A stretch of 39,319 nucleotides of DNA from a virus (taxonomy: Duplodnaviria > Caudoviricetes): IMG/VR virus record IMGVR_UViG_3300048819_000214, positions 1-39,319 of that record. One strand, 5' to 3'. Below, piece after piece: positions 18,230 to 27,519 of this stretch. The translations under genes were made by a program, and so were the position numbers. The number at the start of each line of letters is the position of its first letter. Positions within the stretch are counted from its first letter, which is position 1. The notes under the pieces were generated by a model, which ran no database searches, was not told the DNA's origin, and was given only the letters and a program-made list of their open reading frames with translations.

Positions 18230-20492
18230 TTTCTTTTGATTTTAGTTTGTTAGCTTGATCTAATTGATTTTTAAGTTTTACAGACTCACGAATCGATTTA
18301 TGATTATCCATATTACGTTCATGCTCATGCTTTTCATGCTCAGTAATTCTATCAACATGATCCATCGTAACTTTATGACGTGCCTCAACCATTTTAGCTT
18401 GCGCATCGATTTGATGACTTTGAATTTCTGCTTTTGCTTTCTCGATCTGAACTTGTGATTCCACACTATCTTGCTGTAATTTATTTTGATCTAATGCTGC
18501 TTTAGCATCAGCTTGTTCTTTGTCGATTTGAATTTTAGCTAATGTAACTTGGTTATCAAATTCTTGTTGTTTTTGCTCGGCCTGCATTTTAGCTTGCTCT
18601 AATTGGCCTTTCTGTTGAATTTCTTGCATCTTAATTTTAGCGTTAACCATGGCAGGATCGTTAGCCATCATTTCTTTTTGTTGCTGCATTTGCTCTTGTT
18701 TCATTTGTTCTTTCTGTTTTTCCCATTCAGGCACCATTTGCTTTAAGACATCGGCATGATAACAAGTTAAATTTGAAACCAAAACATCTAAACCTGGACC
18801 ATTCATAAACTCAGCGAAGGATGGACTTGCCTGCATCAATAATACAATTTGTTGTAGAGCTTGATTCTTTTGTATTTGAAAATTAACACCAGCTTCAATG
18901 TAAACTTGCAATGCGCCTTTGTCGTAATCAAAAGAAGGTCCATTATTTTTAGGATCATTTACTTTCTTATATTCACGTTTTCCGTCCAATCCGACAACCG
19001 GAATCGTTCGTGGTGTCACAATATATAAAGGTAGTAAATCAACGCAAACACATGCAATATGCGTCCAAGCTTGTAAATACCCGGTAACAAATGGCATTGC
19101 CGCTTGATTACTTTGGGTCGCAGCAGTTTGAATAGCGACTCCACTCAATTGATTATCATTAATGCCTAGAGCTGCATCAAAACTTCCCAAAATAACTTGA
19201 GTAGTTGAATCAGTCATACCATATGTGGCCATAACTTCCTGGGGAATTGGAGTTCTTACCACTTCACGAGGTTGCGGCAATTGTTGATCAGGATTGTTTT
19301 CACTATATGCTTGATAAACATAAGTAGATGCTTGCTGGACATTATCATAAGCAGCTAAAAATTCTTCTTCCTGCGGCAATGATTCTTTGGCTATCATGAT
19401 TTTATGTTGAATCATGTTTTCTAATTCATTCCCTAATGTTTGACCTGCGAAATTCTTTAGCTTTTGAATGCCTTCGGCGTGATAAACATAAGGACGTGTC
19501 ATTTGCATGGTAGAATTATTTGTTCCGTCGCCATCCCGTAGAATTATGGAATTACCATCAACAAATATTAAGGGTAAGTATGTATAGTCTGTTTCTTTGT
19601 AGTCTAGTATTTCTGATTCTATTAGACGGTATCTGCATATGGTTTCTAATTCAGTGTTACGTGATTTACCTATCACCGCCGGAATCTGAGCAATAAAACC
19701 TTCTTTTTTCCAATATTCTTGGAACTTTTCATAATTCTTTTCTGTCATTACTCGACCATTGGCGAGCTTAACAATTTTAGCTTTCTTTTTTTTCTTTTCC
19801 CAATATTCGCCAAGAATAACAATATCTTCTGAACCGTTTCTATAAGACCAATTAAAACCTTCAATATTGCGTGAAAAACTCAAACTATTAATATCAACTG
19901 TTGGATTTTCTCTTTCGAAATCTTCTCGTGCTTGTGGGAAAATTTCATAGCAATAACGCCCATCTGCTTTATGACTATAACGAGCCATAGGATCAAAACC
20001 ACAAAGCGTTGGATCAAATACACGACCTAATTTAATGACTTGGTTGAAACTCATATTGCTAGCGTAATCAGTCCACACTTTAACTGTAGAAAATCCGCCA
20101 CTCAATAAATCTTTATAGACTTCGTAAGAACATGAATTTTTATTTGCTTCATAAATAATATGTCGTATATGACCTTCAACGAGTTTAATTGTTTCAAGAT
20201 CGATTGGCACACCATCTGCTGGTGTTATTTCGATAGAAGGCTCATGCTTAGCAAATTCACCCAACAATCGACTGATATAAGCTTCGAGAATATTGAATTC
20301 TATAATAGGTTTTTTAAGAGTGGTAAGAATATCTTTTTCTTGCGAATCAAGAGATGTTTCAAAAACAAAACGTCTGAAATGATGAAATCTGTCATAGTTC
20401 GGCTTAAAATAAAGATAACTCGCATTAATATTTTTCTTGAGACGATCTAGGGTTTCTGTTCCAGTTTTGCTAATGCTTTTAGCGATTGGCAT
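18207..20492 (-). CDS. Portal protein, P22 gp1-like
   Basis: 761 aa, directly after terL; FDPMARYSHKADGRYC and SGVAI motifs; long C-terminal coiled coil. Confidence 0.9.
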   Translation of the reverse strand: MPIAKSISKTGTETLDRLKKNINASYLYFKPNYDRFHHFRRFVFETSLDSQEKDILTTLKKPIIEFNILEAYISRLLGEFAKHEPSIEITPADGVPIDLETIKLVEGHIRHIIYEANKNSCSYEVYKDLLSGGFSTVKVWTDYASNMSFNQVIKLGRVFDPTLCGFDPMARYSHKADGRYCYEIFPQAREDFERENPTVDINSLSFSRNIEGFNWSYRNGSEDIVILGEYWEKKKKKAKIVKLANGRVMTEKNYEKFQEYWKKEGFIAQIPAVIGKSRNTELETICRYRLIESEILDYKETDYTYLPLIFVDGNSIILRDGDGTNNSTMQMTRPYVYHAEGIQKLKNFAGQTLGNELENMIQHKIMIAKESLPQEEEFLAAYDNVQQASTYVYQAYSENNPDQQLPQPREVVRTPIPQEVMATYGMTDSTTQVILGSFDAALGINDNQLSGVAIQTAATQSNQAAMPFVTGYLQAWTHIACVCVDLLPLYIVTPRTIPVVGLDGKREYKKVNDPKNNGPSFDYDKGALQVYIEAGVNFQIQKNQALQQIVLLMQASPSFAEFMNGPGLDVLVSNLTCYHADVLKQMVPEWEKQKEQMKQEQMQQQKEMMANDPAMVNAKIKMQEIQQKGQLEQAKMQAEQKQQEFDNQVTLAKIQIDKEQADAKAALDQNKLQQDSVESQVQIEKAKAEIQSHQIDAQAKMVEARHKVTMDHVDRITEHEKHEHERNMDNHKSIRESVKLKNQLDQANKLKSKENEGEENV

Positions 20493-23100
20493 ATCTTTTA
20501 TCCTTTATTTGCTGAGTACGAGCAAAGCTGCTAGTGATTCTTTGAGCAACTTTCTTGTCTTTTTCCTTGATGATTTCTCTATAAGCACTTTCTGGTAATG
20601 CAAAAGTTAAGGTACAAGCATCTGCTTCGTCAGGCGATCGAATGCCGCGCTTCTTCATGTCCTCTTTCTTTTCTAAACAAATTCGCCCTTTAGAATCAAC
20701 TTTATATCGAGTTCCGCAAATATCAGCATGTAATGTATCAAGATCAGGGATTTGAATAGGTGCTTCTGATAACCATTCTTTAAATTCGCCCCAGATTTCC
20801 GCGCGCTTATTTAAATATCGTTTAGAGTTAATGGGAGATGAACCCCCATTAACAGGATAAATAATGTCACCATGCCCTAACTCAAGAAGTCTGTCATAAA
20901 CGCCGGCACCTAATCCGCCCACATCAATACAGACCTTTTTAGGTTCTTCTTTTTCAATAATTAAGTGTAATAATCCCGCAACTTCCATTGTATCTTTTTT
21001 GCTATAAGAAACAATCTTTTCAATTTTTCTGCCCCTTCGCCAACAAAAACACGTTCGATCATCACCAAATCTTGCAATATCAGCGCCGATTATCAATGAT
21101 CCAACCCCTTCAGCCTCAGATTTTCGAGCATTTGTGACTAATTCTGGTGAAATAAATGAATCTTCGCTACTGGTTAAAAATGCTTCAATGCTTGAGTTGG
21201 GGTATTCTTGGCAGAATCCTAGCTCGCCATCATCACCTCCCACTGATAACTCAACGATCTTATAACGACGCCAAGCGAGTTGCGCATAGGTCAATCCATA
21301 GGTTTCAATTAACGCTAGCTCTTTCTCTTCTGGCGCAAAGTCCGCATCAGGTTCGCGTTGATATTCCGCCTGCCAGAACCAAGGTACAAATATTGCAATG
21401 AAGTCCGACAGCCCCGCTTCGGCTAATTGCCATTGTTGGTGGAAGTAGTTACCGACACCATTAGCAGTCGATTCAAAGATAACCTCAGTGCCTTTCTCGC
21501 TAGGAACGGCCTGCAGGATCCCCTTGGCGTGTTCTGAGGCGTTCGCCCAAAATGCCACCTCGCTATTTGAAACGATGCCGGATGTTGTCTGGTAATTATG
21601 GTCAGGATGATCGACTTCAATATCCCAGACCGATTCAATCTTTCTTGGGGTGATCGATCTCACTTTAGAGTAAACAATACCATCTTTGATAATGCTTTTT
21701 TCTTTATGTTTATTGGGATCTAATTGCTGGTAACGCTTCATTGCGTCCCCACTCATACAGAATAGATAAATATCTTTTGTTTCTTTGTCGTAACGCATTC
21801 TTGATTTTCTGCGCACTGAGCAAGCCCCGTAGAGCGCCCAACATATGCGCTGGAGCTGCCGAGATATTTTTTCATGAATACTGGGCGCTGATATTTTAGT
21901 AACTTGTGTTTTGCTTCCATCCCCATCCAAATAACCTTTAAATACTCCCTCCAGAAACTCAGGGTTAGTTTTAAAAAACCATGCAGGAATGTGTTTATTG
22001 GCTACGCGGCCACATATTTCATTGATTGCGCTGGCTAGAAATTTACCATTTAAAATAGTTCTTTTACGATTAGTTCCCGCATCTATCTTATGTTGTATAG
22101 ATGTTTCTAAGCCGAAAGTGCCTTTGATTGCATTTTCAATGTAAGATTCATCTTTATGATAGGCAAAAGATAAATAAGCGTAATTATCTTTTACATGCCC
22201 CTCAGCAAGGTAATAACCAATCAAATATCCAAAATCATAATTCAAGGTAAAATCGAATTGCTCTAAATGCTTAGATCCACCGCCTTGCGCTCTTGGCTTA
22301 TTCTTTAGAGCAAATGACCATGTATTGATTTCATTTGTTAGCTCAATTTTTGGCATAGCAATAAAATCAGCGGCAGTAATATCTTTTAGCTCTTTGTATC
22401 CGTCTATTGTCAGCACCTTATGATCGGCCGTTAAATGAATTGGTTCGCCGGATAACCAGCAATCAAGGGTATAAGCAAGCTTTTGACCTGTGTATATCTT
22501 CTCTTTTATAGGAGCTATTGCGCCTGATGATGTAACAATTAAATCGCCTATTTCTATTTCTCGCATGGCCTTTGTAGATCCATCTGCCAAAACAATTAAA
22601 CTGTCCTCGCTTAAACACCCATGGAACAATTGAATCGTGCTTGAGCGACCCACAGCTTTGTTCTCAGCAGTACCAATCTTATAACCTGAATCAAGCCCAT
22701 CAAAGATCAATTCTTTGGAATTACTACGCGATGCATCTGGTCTAACAATGGCAGGACAATTCTCATAATATCGCTGCGTCATTTTGAAAAGATTGTTTGT
22801 AGCGTCTAACGCGTGGGTAAGGATAAAAGTTTGAAGTCCGAACGAATGCGTGGTGATATGAAAGAAACGACCACCTATTAAGGTGGACATGCCCTGCTGT
22901 CGCCCTTTCAAGATTATGGCGCGAACTTTTCCCGTAATTAGCTTTTGATGTTCTAATTTATCGTGAACATATATTTGTGCTTTGTTAAATTCAAACGGGA
23001 TTATGCTTTGCGACTTAGTTCTAATCTTAAGACACTTTTTGGCATAGTGCTTAAAGTCATCTCGAAGTCGTCGACGGATTTGTTTTTCGCGCTCATCCAT
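20479..23100 (-). CDS. terL: Terminase large subunit containing an intein
   Basis: Walker A ILKGRQQGMST, Walker B LFHG/SEVAFW, ESTANG coupling motif, nuclease IGADIARFGDD...SPDEADA. Confidence 0.95.
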   Translation of the reverse strand: MDEREKQIRRRLRDDFKHYAKKCLKIRTKSQSIIPFEFNKAQIYVHDKLEHQKLITGKVRAIILKGRQQGMSTLIGGRFFHITTHSFGLQTFILTHALDATNNLFKMTQRYYENCPAIVRPDASRSNSKELIFDGLDSGYKIGTAENKAVGRSSTIQLFHGCLSEDSLIVLADGSTKAMREIEIGDLIVTSSGAIAPIKEKIYTGQKLAYTLDCWLSGEPIHLTADHKVLTIDGYKELKDITAADFIAMPKIELTNEINTWSFALKNKPRAQGGGSKHLEQFDFTLNYDFGYLIGYYLAEGHVKDNYAYLSFAYHKDESYIENAIKGTFGLETSIQHKIDAGTNRKRTILNGKFLASAINEICGRVANKHIPAWFFKTNPEFLEGVFKGYLDGDGSKTQVTKISAPSIHEKISRQLQRICWALYGACSVRRKSRMRYDKETKDIYLFCMSGDAMKRYQQLDPNKHKEKSIIKDGIVYSKVRSITPRKIESVWDIEVDHPDHNYQTTSGIVSNSEVAFWANASEHAKGILQAVPSEKGTEVIFESTANGVGNYFHQQWQLAEAGLSDFIAIFVPWFWQAEYQREPDADFAPEEKELALIETYGLTYAQLAWRRYKIVELSVGGDDGELGFCQEYPNSSIEAFLTSSEDSFISPELVTNARKSEAEGVGSLIIGADIARFGDDRTCFCWRRGRKIEKIVSYSKKDTMEVAGLLHLIIEKEEPKKVCIDVGGLGAGVYDRLLELGHGDIIYPVNGGSSPINSKRYLNKRAEIWGEFKEWLSEAPIQIPDLDTLHADICGTRYKVDSKGRICLEKKEDMKKRGIRSPDEADACTLTFALPESAYREIIKEKDKKVAQRITSSFARTQQIKDKRYANR
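21565..22617 (-). mobile_element. 351-aa intein with LAGLIDADG endonuclease
   Basis: Starts CLSEDSLIVLADG, ends VWDIEV...HNYQTTSGIVSN before extein Ser; YLIGYYLAEG and FKGYLDGDGS motifs. Confidence 0.93.
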
Positions 23101-23103
23101 GTG

Positions 23104-23499
23104 TTACTCAATTTCTTTTAACGCTTGCGCTTGAGAAATATCTTCGACTTCTAATACTTGTGTCTCTTTCCATTTAGCCTGACATTTTAAATAAAATATC
23201 TGCGCGGTGACGTTTTTAGCCTTGACGTTTTTAATCAATTCGGACGTGACTAATGCTATGCCTTTTGCTTTGCCTCGCTTTATTGCCTCAAAGAATTCTA
23301 CATACTCATTTTGCTTATTGCATAACGATGCGACACTAATACCAAGGCAAAGAGCTATCTGCTCGGATGTCATCCCGAGAGAACCATACGATTCTACTTC
23401 TTTTATAATTTCAGGCGTCGGAATCCATTTAGGCTGTCCGGGCCCACGCTTAGGCGCAGCTTTTACTTTTGCTTTAACTTTTGATTTAGCCATTAGCAA
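23104..23499 (-). CDS. terS: Terminase small subunit
   Basis: HTH (GMTSEQIALCLGIS) and EFFEAIKRGKAKG...AQIFYLK motif; directly upstream of terL. Confidence 0.85.
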   Translation of the reverse strand: MLMAKSKVKAKVKAAPKRGPGQPKWIPTPEIIKEVESYGSLGMTSEQIALCLGISVASLCNKQNEYVEFFEAIKRGKAKGIALVTSELIKNVKAKNVTAQIFYLKCQAKWKETQVLEVEDISQAQALKEIE

Positions 23500-23503
23500 C
23501 CAC

Positions 23504-24724
23504 CTAGACTAATTCATTAAATGTCTTGCCGTTGGATTCAAGTATAGCATCTTTACCGCTAAACTTTTGAAATCGACGGATAATAATGTCGCAATACGAT
23601 TCAGATAACTCCATCATAAAGCATTGACGGTTTGTTTTCTCGCAAGCGATTAGGGTTGAGCCAGAGCCGCCGAATAGATCAATAACATTTTTAGATTCTT
23701 TTGCGTACTCATTGAAACACCATTCAGCTAATGCTATGGGTTTTTGTGTTGGATGAACCCGACCTTCACCATTTTCTGAAGCTTTTATCATTCCTTTCCA
23801 TAAATGCCTAAATATGCGAACAGATTTGGCTTTAGATTTAATCCATGCTAATTCACAATCAGAGTTGCCATCTCTTTGTTTATTATCCTCACGTTTATCC
23901 CAAACCAGCCAATTAGGAGTTTCCGGTAGCGAATGGCAATAGTGATTTGCACCCCAGAAAAGCATTGTTGAAATACTCAATGACTCACACAAATTATAAG
24001 CATCGATTGCTGTTTGAGTAGATTCATCGCCAATAATGGCATTGTATTTTCCAGCTTTAGTTGCATGACCTCTCGATGCTTTTACACGATCAGTTTTTTC
24101 ATTTATCCCATAAGGAGGATCAGTAAAAACTAAATCGATCTCACCCGGTTTCATTCCTCCGCTCTCACAAAGCAAATCAAGATTATCAATCATAATTGAA
24201 TTGCCGCACATGAGCCGATGGTTTCCTAGTATCCAAATATCGCCGAGCTTAGTGACTGGCTCTGCGGCAACTTCGGGAACTTCGTCCTCGTCGCATAGCC
24301 CTTCATTCAATATCTCAACCGTAGGCAAATCAAGGTTAAATTCTGAGAAATCGAAATCGGGTAAATCGGCAATTTCGGAAAGCAATAGATCGGTATTGGT
24401 TGAGCCTTGTTTCGCTAGCTCATTATCAAGAATTCGGTAAGCTTTGATTTCATCTGCAGTTAAGTCAGCAGCACTAACACAAAGTATCTCTTTGTACTTA
24501 AGCGCCTTAGCCGCTTCAAATCGAGCGTGTCCCGCGACAATCACATTATCTTTATCAATTACTATAGGTTGTTTGAACCCAAATTGATCCATGCTCTTTT
24601 TAATTGATTTGATTTGAATAACAGGATGGTCTTTAGGATTGTTTTTATAAGGCGTGATTTGATCGATTGAGTGAACTATTAATTCGATATTCTTTCCATT
24701 CATTGGAATACTATGCAAAGCCAT
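23504..24724 (-). CDS. ParB/Srx-domain DNA methyltransferase (N4C/N6A, beta class)
   Basis: N-terminal PYKNNPK...FGFKQPIVID...AGHARFEA; DPPYG, HPTQKP and DLFGGSGST motifs. Confidence 0.92.
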   Translation of the reverse strand: MALHSIPMNGKNIELIVHSIDQITPYKNNPKDHPVIQIKSIKKSMDQFGFKQPIVIDKDNVIVAGHARFEAAKALKYKEILCVSAADLTADEIKAYRILDNELAKQGSTNTDLLLSEIADLPDFDFSEFNLDLPTVEILNEGLCDEDEVPEVAAEPVTKLGDIWILGNHRLMCGNSIMIDNLDLLCESGGMKPGEIDLVFTDPPYGINEKTDRVKASRGHATKAGKYNAIIGDESTQTAIDAYNLCESLSISTMLFWGANHYCHSLPETPNWLVWDKREDNKQRDGNSDCELAWIKSKAKSVRIFRHLWKGMIKASENGEGRVHPTQKPIALAEWCFNEYAKESKNVIDLFGGSGSTLIACEKTNRQCFMMELSESYCDIIIRRFQKFSGKDAILESNGKTFNELV

Positions 24725-24959
24725 TTGAATCCTTCGGCAAATAATTTAATAATTCTTGATATCGTTCAGCACATTCATTTTTTTCATAAAAAACTTCAGT
24801 TAAATAAAACGCTCTGCCACTTTGTTGACATAAAGCCTTTAATTCAAAGTCATTTGGCTTTTCAAGTTTTTTAATATAACAAGGTCTACCAGAAAAAATT
24901 ATCTTAACCTGCTTTAACTTCTTATCCATTTTTGATTGACCTAAAACTCTTAAATGCAT
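24711..24959 (-). CDS. Hypothetical protein
   Basis: ORF coupled to both neighbours. Confidence 0.5.
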   Translation of the reverse strand: MHLRVLGQSKMDKKLKQVKIIFSGRPCYIKKLEKPNDFELKALCQQSGRAFYLTEVFYEKNECAERYQELLNYLPKDSNGFA

Positions 24960-25228
24960 TAAGAACCCTTAATAAGTTTAGGTCGACCGGGTTTCTTTTT
25001 AGTAAGCAAAACAGTATTTTCCGGTAATCCTTTTAGGAAATCATTATTTTCTGCAGTTATGCTTTCACTATCAGAAAGACCCCAGAACTCTGCTTCATCT
25101 ATTTCTGAAACCTTCTGAATCCATCCAACGCCATTACAGTGCTCACAATCTTGCATAACCACACCTAGCCCTAGAATCTTCCCACGCCCTTTGCAAGGCA
25201 CGCATCCAGTTAAATCTGTATCTGACAT
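24959..25228 (-). CDS. DnaJ-type zinc-finger protein with AT-hook-like tail
   Basis: CVPCKGRG, CEHCNGVG, C-terminal KKPGRPK. Confidence 0.7.
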   Translation of the reverse strand: MSDTDLTGCVPCKGRGKILGLGVVMQDCEHCNGVGWIQKVSEIDEAEFWGLSDSESITAENNDFLKGLPENTVLLTKKKPGRPKLIKGS

Positions 25229-25309
25229 TCTTAAATCCTTAATTAATAGCCTAATTATCTATCAATATAGAGATAAATGCAATTATCTTAATTATTTTGA
25301 TTAAATCTA

Positions 25310-25338
25310 TTGCTTAGTTAATATGTTTACTATAGACT
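25310..25338 (+). promoter_or_regulatory. Sigma70-like early promoter
   Basis: TTGCTT-N17-TAGACT, then an A-rich leader and GAGGA RBS. Confidence 0.65.
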
Positions 25339-25375
25339 GTCTTTATTGAGTGATTAACAACAACGAGGAAATAAA

Positions 25376-25540
25376 ATGAAAACTTACAAAATCTACGCAA
25401 AGAACGAAACAACGAAGAGATCAAAAATGATCAAAGAGTTTAACTTAATCAATGAAGCCTTCGATTACGCCGTAAGCCAAAATAAAACTGACATGGAAAA
25501 TATTTACAGCATCGGATATGTAAAAAATCCAACAAGATAA
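25376..25540 (+). CDS. 54-aa early small protein (not in ORF track)
   Basis: GAGGA RBS; MKTYKIYAKNETTKRSKMIKEF...KNPTR*. Confidence 0.75.
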   Translation: MKTYKIYAKNETTKRSKMIKEFNLINEAFDYAVSQNKTDMENIYSIGYVKNPTR

Positions 25541-25547
25541 ATCAACC

Positions 25548-25561
25548 GCCCCGAAAGGGGC
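25548..25561 (+). repeat. GCCCC-GAAA-GGGGC hairpin, copy 1
   Basis: Identical at 26322-26335; both followed by (T/A)TAGAGGA RBS. Confidence 0.85.
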
Positions 25562-25575
25562 TTAGAGGAAATGAG

Positions 25576-25980
25576 ATGCTAACGAAAAGAATAGAAGAAC
25601 TAGAAGAAATAACTAAAAACAAAGCAGATTATTCAGATATCGAAGAAATTCATAGATATACAGGCGAACAGTGGAAATGGCTTGTGAGATTAGATAAGAA
25701 AATTGAAAAATTAGAAAGAGGAGATAGTAAATTTCAACAAGATATTATTAAATTATTTGTTGAGGGAGATTCTGTTCTTGAGAATGATATTATTATATTG
25801 CAGCAAAGGCTAGAGAAAATAGACTTAAAGTTAATTTCCTTAGATAGACAACATGCTAGCAATATAGATGATTATTCAGATATTCAGGAAATTCATTTAT
25901 ATGCAACCGAATTAAGATTTCTTGTTTCAAGATTAGAACAAAGAATTGAAAAACTAGAAAAGTTAATTAAGGAAAAGTAA
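25576..25980 (+). CDS. Coiled-coil protein with internal duplication
   Basis: DYSDIEEIH...RLDKKIEKLE and DYSDIQEIH...RLEQRIEKLE. Confidence 0.7.
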   Translation: MLTKRIEELEEITKNKADYSDIEEIHRYTGEQWKWLVRLDKKIEKLERGDSKFQQDIIKLFVEGDSVLENDIIILQQRLEKIDLKLISLDRQHASNIDDYSDIQEIHLYATELRFLVSRLEQRIEKLEKLIKEK

Positions 25981-26172
25981 ATGATGGCATTACTAGATTT
26001 TAACAACGCAAACGAGGAAATAGAAATGTTTAAAGTAACTTTTTCAAACTATAGCAAGGTTTTAAAGAAATTCTTCCCAGAAGTTGAAACAGCAATATTC
26101 AAATCAATGGAAGACGTAAGGATGAGAGCTTATGCATTTAATTGGACGATAGCCAAAATTGAAGAAATTTAA
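25981..26172 (+). CDS. Small hypothetical protein (likely start MFKVTF at 26026)
   Basis: GAGGA RBS upstream of the internal ATG. Confidence 0.6.
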   Translation: MMALLDFNNANEEIEMFKVTFSNYSKVLKKFFPEVETAIFKSMEDVRMRAYAFNWTIAKIEEI

Positions 26173-26321
26173 TCAAGAAATATTAGCATCATTCGGGGTT
26201 AGCCTTAACCCCGAAGATAATTTCAAATCAGGCGCTGAGCATGAAGCCAAATACAGGGCTGACACTTTAGCCCATAAAACTGGATTGCCAATCATAGATA
26301 GAACTGAAGACTAAACAAATT

Positions 26322-26335
26322 GCCCCGAAAGGGGC
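26322..26335 (+). repeat. GCCCC-GAAA-GGGGC hairpin, copy 2
   Basis: See 25548. Confidence 0.85.
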
Positions 26336-26353
26336 ATAGAGGAGCAACTTAAA

Positions 26354-26425
26354 ATGCCAACATATCTAATAATAATGCTAACAATTTATCTTGGTTTAGC
26401 TATATGTAAATTAATTTTTGAATGA
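26354..26425 (+). CDS. 23-aa single-TM peptide
   Basis: GAGGAG RBS; MPTYLIIMLTIYLGLAICKLIFE*. Confidence 0.55.
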   Translation: MPTYLIIMLTIYLGLAICKLIFE

Positions 26426-26435
26426 GGATTTTTAA

Positions 26436-26588
26436 ATGACTGATAAACCATTTTATTTTATAGCTAGCGTATTATTTTTTGCTTTAGCAATGTTTTGTCA
26501 AATAGCACCATTAAATGTGTGGTTTGCGATTATCTGGCAAACGCTATTCCTTATAATGGCTTGGACATCATTTCTTAAAGGAATTTAA
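26436..26588 (+). CDS. 50-aa two-TM membrane protein
   Basis: GAGGA RBS; MTDKPFYFIASVLFFALAMFCQIAPLNVWFAIIWQTLFLIMAWTSFLKGI*. Confidence 0.65.
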   Translation: MTDKPFYFIASVLFFALAMFCQIAPLNVWFAIIWQTLFLIMAWTSFLKGI

Positions 26589-26628
26589 AAGATATTAATA
26601 TGTTCTATGTGGAACAAATTCTTTTGCA

Positions 26629-26850
26629 TCAAAATAAAGCTTTAACCAAATTTAAAACACTTGGATGCATTCCAGCTAATTTAGCCTTAAATTCTTGTAC
26701 AAGCGTTACAGCGAGTTCTAAATCAGCAACTATACTTGCAGGGCCGGGATTAAGTACTGTTGAAACAGCCGCTTCGGCTACTTGTAAAATTGGTGCATTT
26801 TGATCAACTTGGTTTGCCATAGCTACTGCATCTTGTTCAACTTTATTCAT
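26629..26850 (-). CDS. Hypothetical protein in the lysis region
   Basis: AGGGGG RBS; amphipathic helices. Confidence 0.65.
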   Translation of the reverse strand: MNKVEQDAVAMANQVDQNAPILQVAEAAVSTVLNPGPASIVADLELAVTLVQEFKAKLAGMHPSVLNLVKALF

Positions 26851-26864
26851 ATTTTACCCCCTAT

Positions 26865-26887
26865 AAAAAACCCCGCAGTGCGCGGGG
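26865..26887 (-). terminator. Intrinsic terminator
   Basis: CCCCGC-GCACT-GCGGGG-TTTTTT on the minus strand. Confidence 0.75.
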
Positions 26888-26903
26888 AAGAATTTTAAGA
26901 CAA

Positions 26904-27284
26904 TTATGACGCTGGAGGAGGACTTACAGGAACGACTGGAGCTGCCGGAGCGGGTGCTGCGGGAGGGTTAATTGTATCCAATGCTTGCATCTTGCTTACC
27001 AAAGATACGCTGTGGGCTTCGATAGCATCTAAAGAGGCTTGATCAGCTGCTGATAACTCGCCTTGGGATGCTTGTAAAGCTGCAACTTCGGCATTTAATT
27101 GCGTTAATTCTGTTGAAATATCAGCTAAAGCTGCATCAATTGCCGCATTTGCTGTTGCTTGAGCTGCTGCGAAGTCACTTACGCTTGTCATAATGTTATT
27201 CCCCATTGATTTAATTAAAATTGAAAGTTCATGTATATCGAATTTCGTTGCGCAAAGGACTTTAGAAATATTCATAACAATCAT
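26904..27284 (-). CDS. Ala-rich coiled-coil protein with Pro-rich tail (likely start MTSVSDF)
   Basis: Composition; GGGGA RBS before the internal ATG. Confidence 0.65.
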   Translation of the reverse strand: MIVMNISKVLCATKFDIHELSILIKSMGNNIMTSVSDFAAAQATANAAIDAALADISTELTQLNAEVAALQASQGELSAADQASLDAIEAHSVSLVSKMQALDTINPPAAPAPAAPVVPVSPPPAS

Positions 27285-27309
27285 GATAACATATTTTAAT
27301 TATTTATGT

Positions 27310-27501
27310 TTAATCAGTTTTAGGATTTTTGAGAATATTAGCAGGATGATTAATACCAAATTTAATGTATTTTTGATTTTTTGGTTTCATCTTTTTTACA
27401 TCGATAACTGCTTTTTTAACGCGAGGTCGCACCGCTTGTCGATAGCATTTCTGACTTTTCTCAACAGCTAATTTTAGCCATTCTTTGACATCCATGTCCA
27501 T
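27310..27501 (-). CDS. Basic hypothetical protein
   Basis: AAGGA RBS; follows endolysin. Confidence 0.5.
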   Translation of the reverse strand: MDMDVKEWLKLAVEKSQKCYRQAVRPRVKKAVIDVKKMKPKNQKYIKFGINHPANILKNPKTD

Positions 27502-27519
27502 GTCACGCTTCCTTAAGAC

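Noticed and set aside
507-24440. Many plus-strand and off-frame ORFs in the track (e.g. 2704..3012, 3492..3710, 9409..9729, 11284..11625, 23207..23512)
   Set aside because: Shadow ORFs overlapping well-supported minus-strand genes, with no RBS or motif.
26290-26340. Hammerhead ribozyme (CTGAAGA...GAAA)
   Set aside because: No stem II can be formed between the core motifs, and the GAAA is the loop of a separate hairpin.
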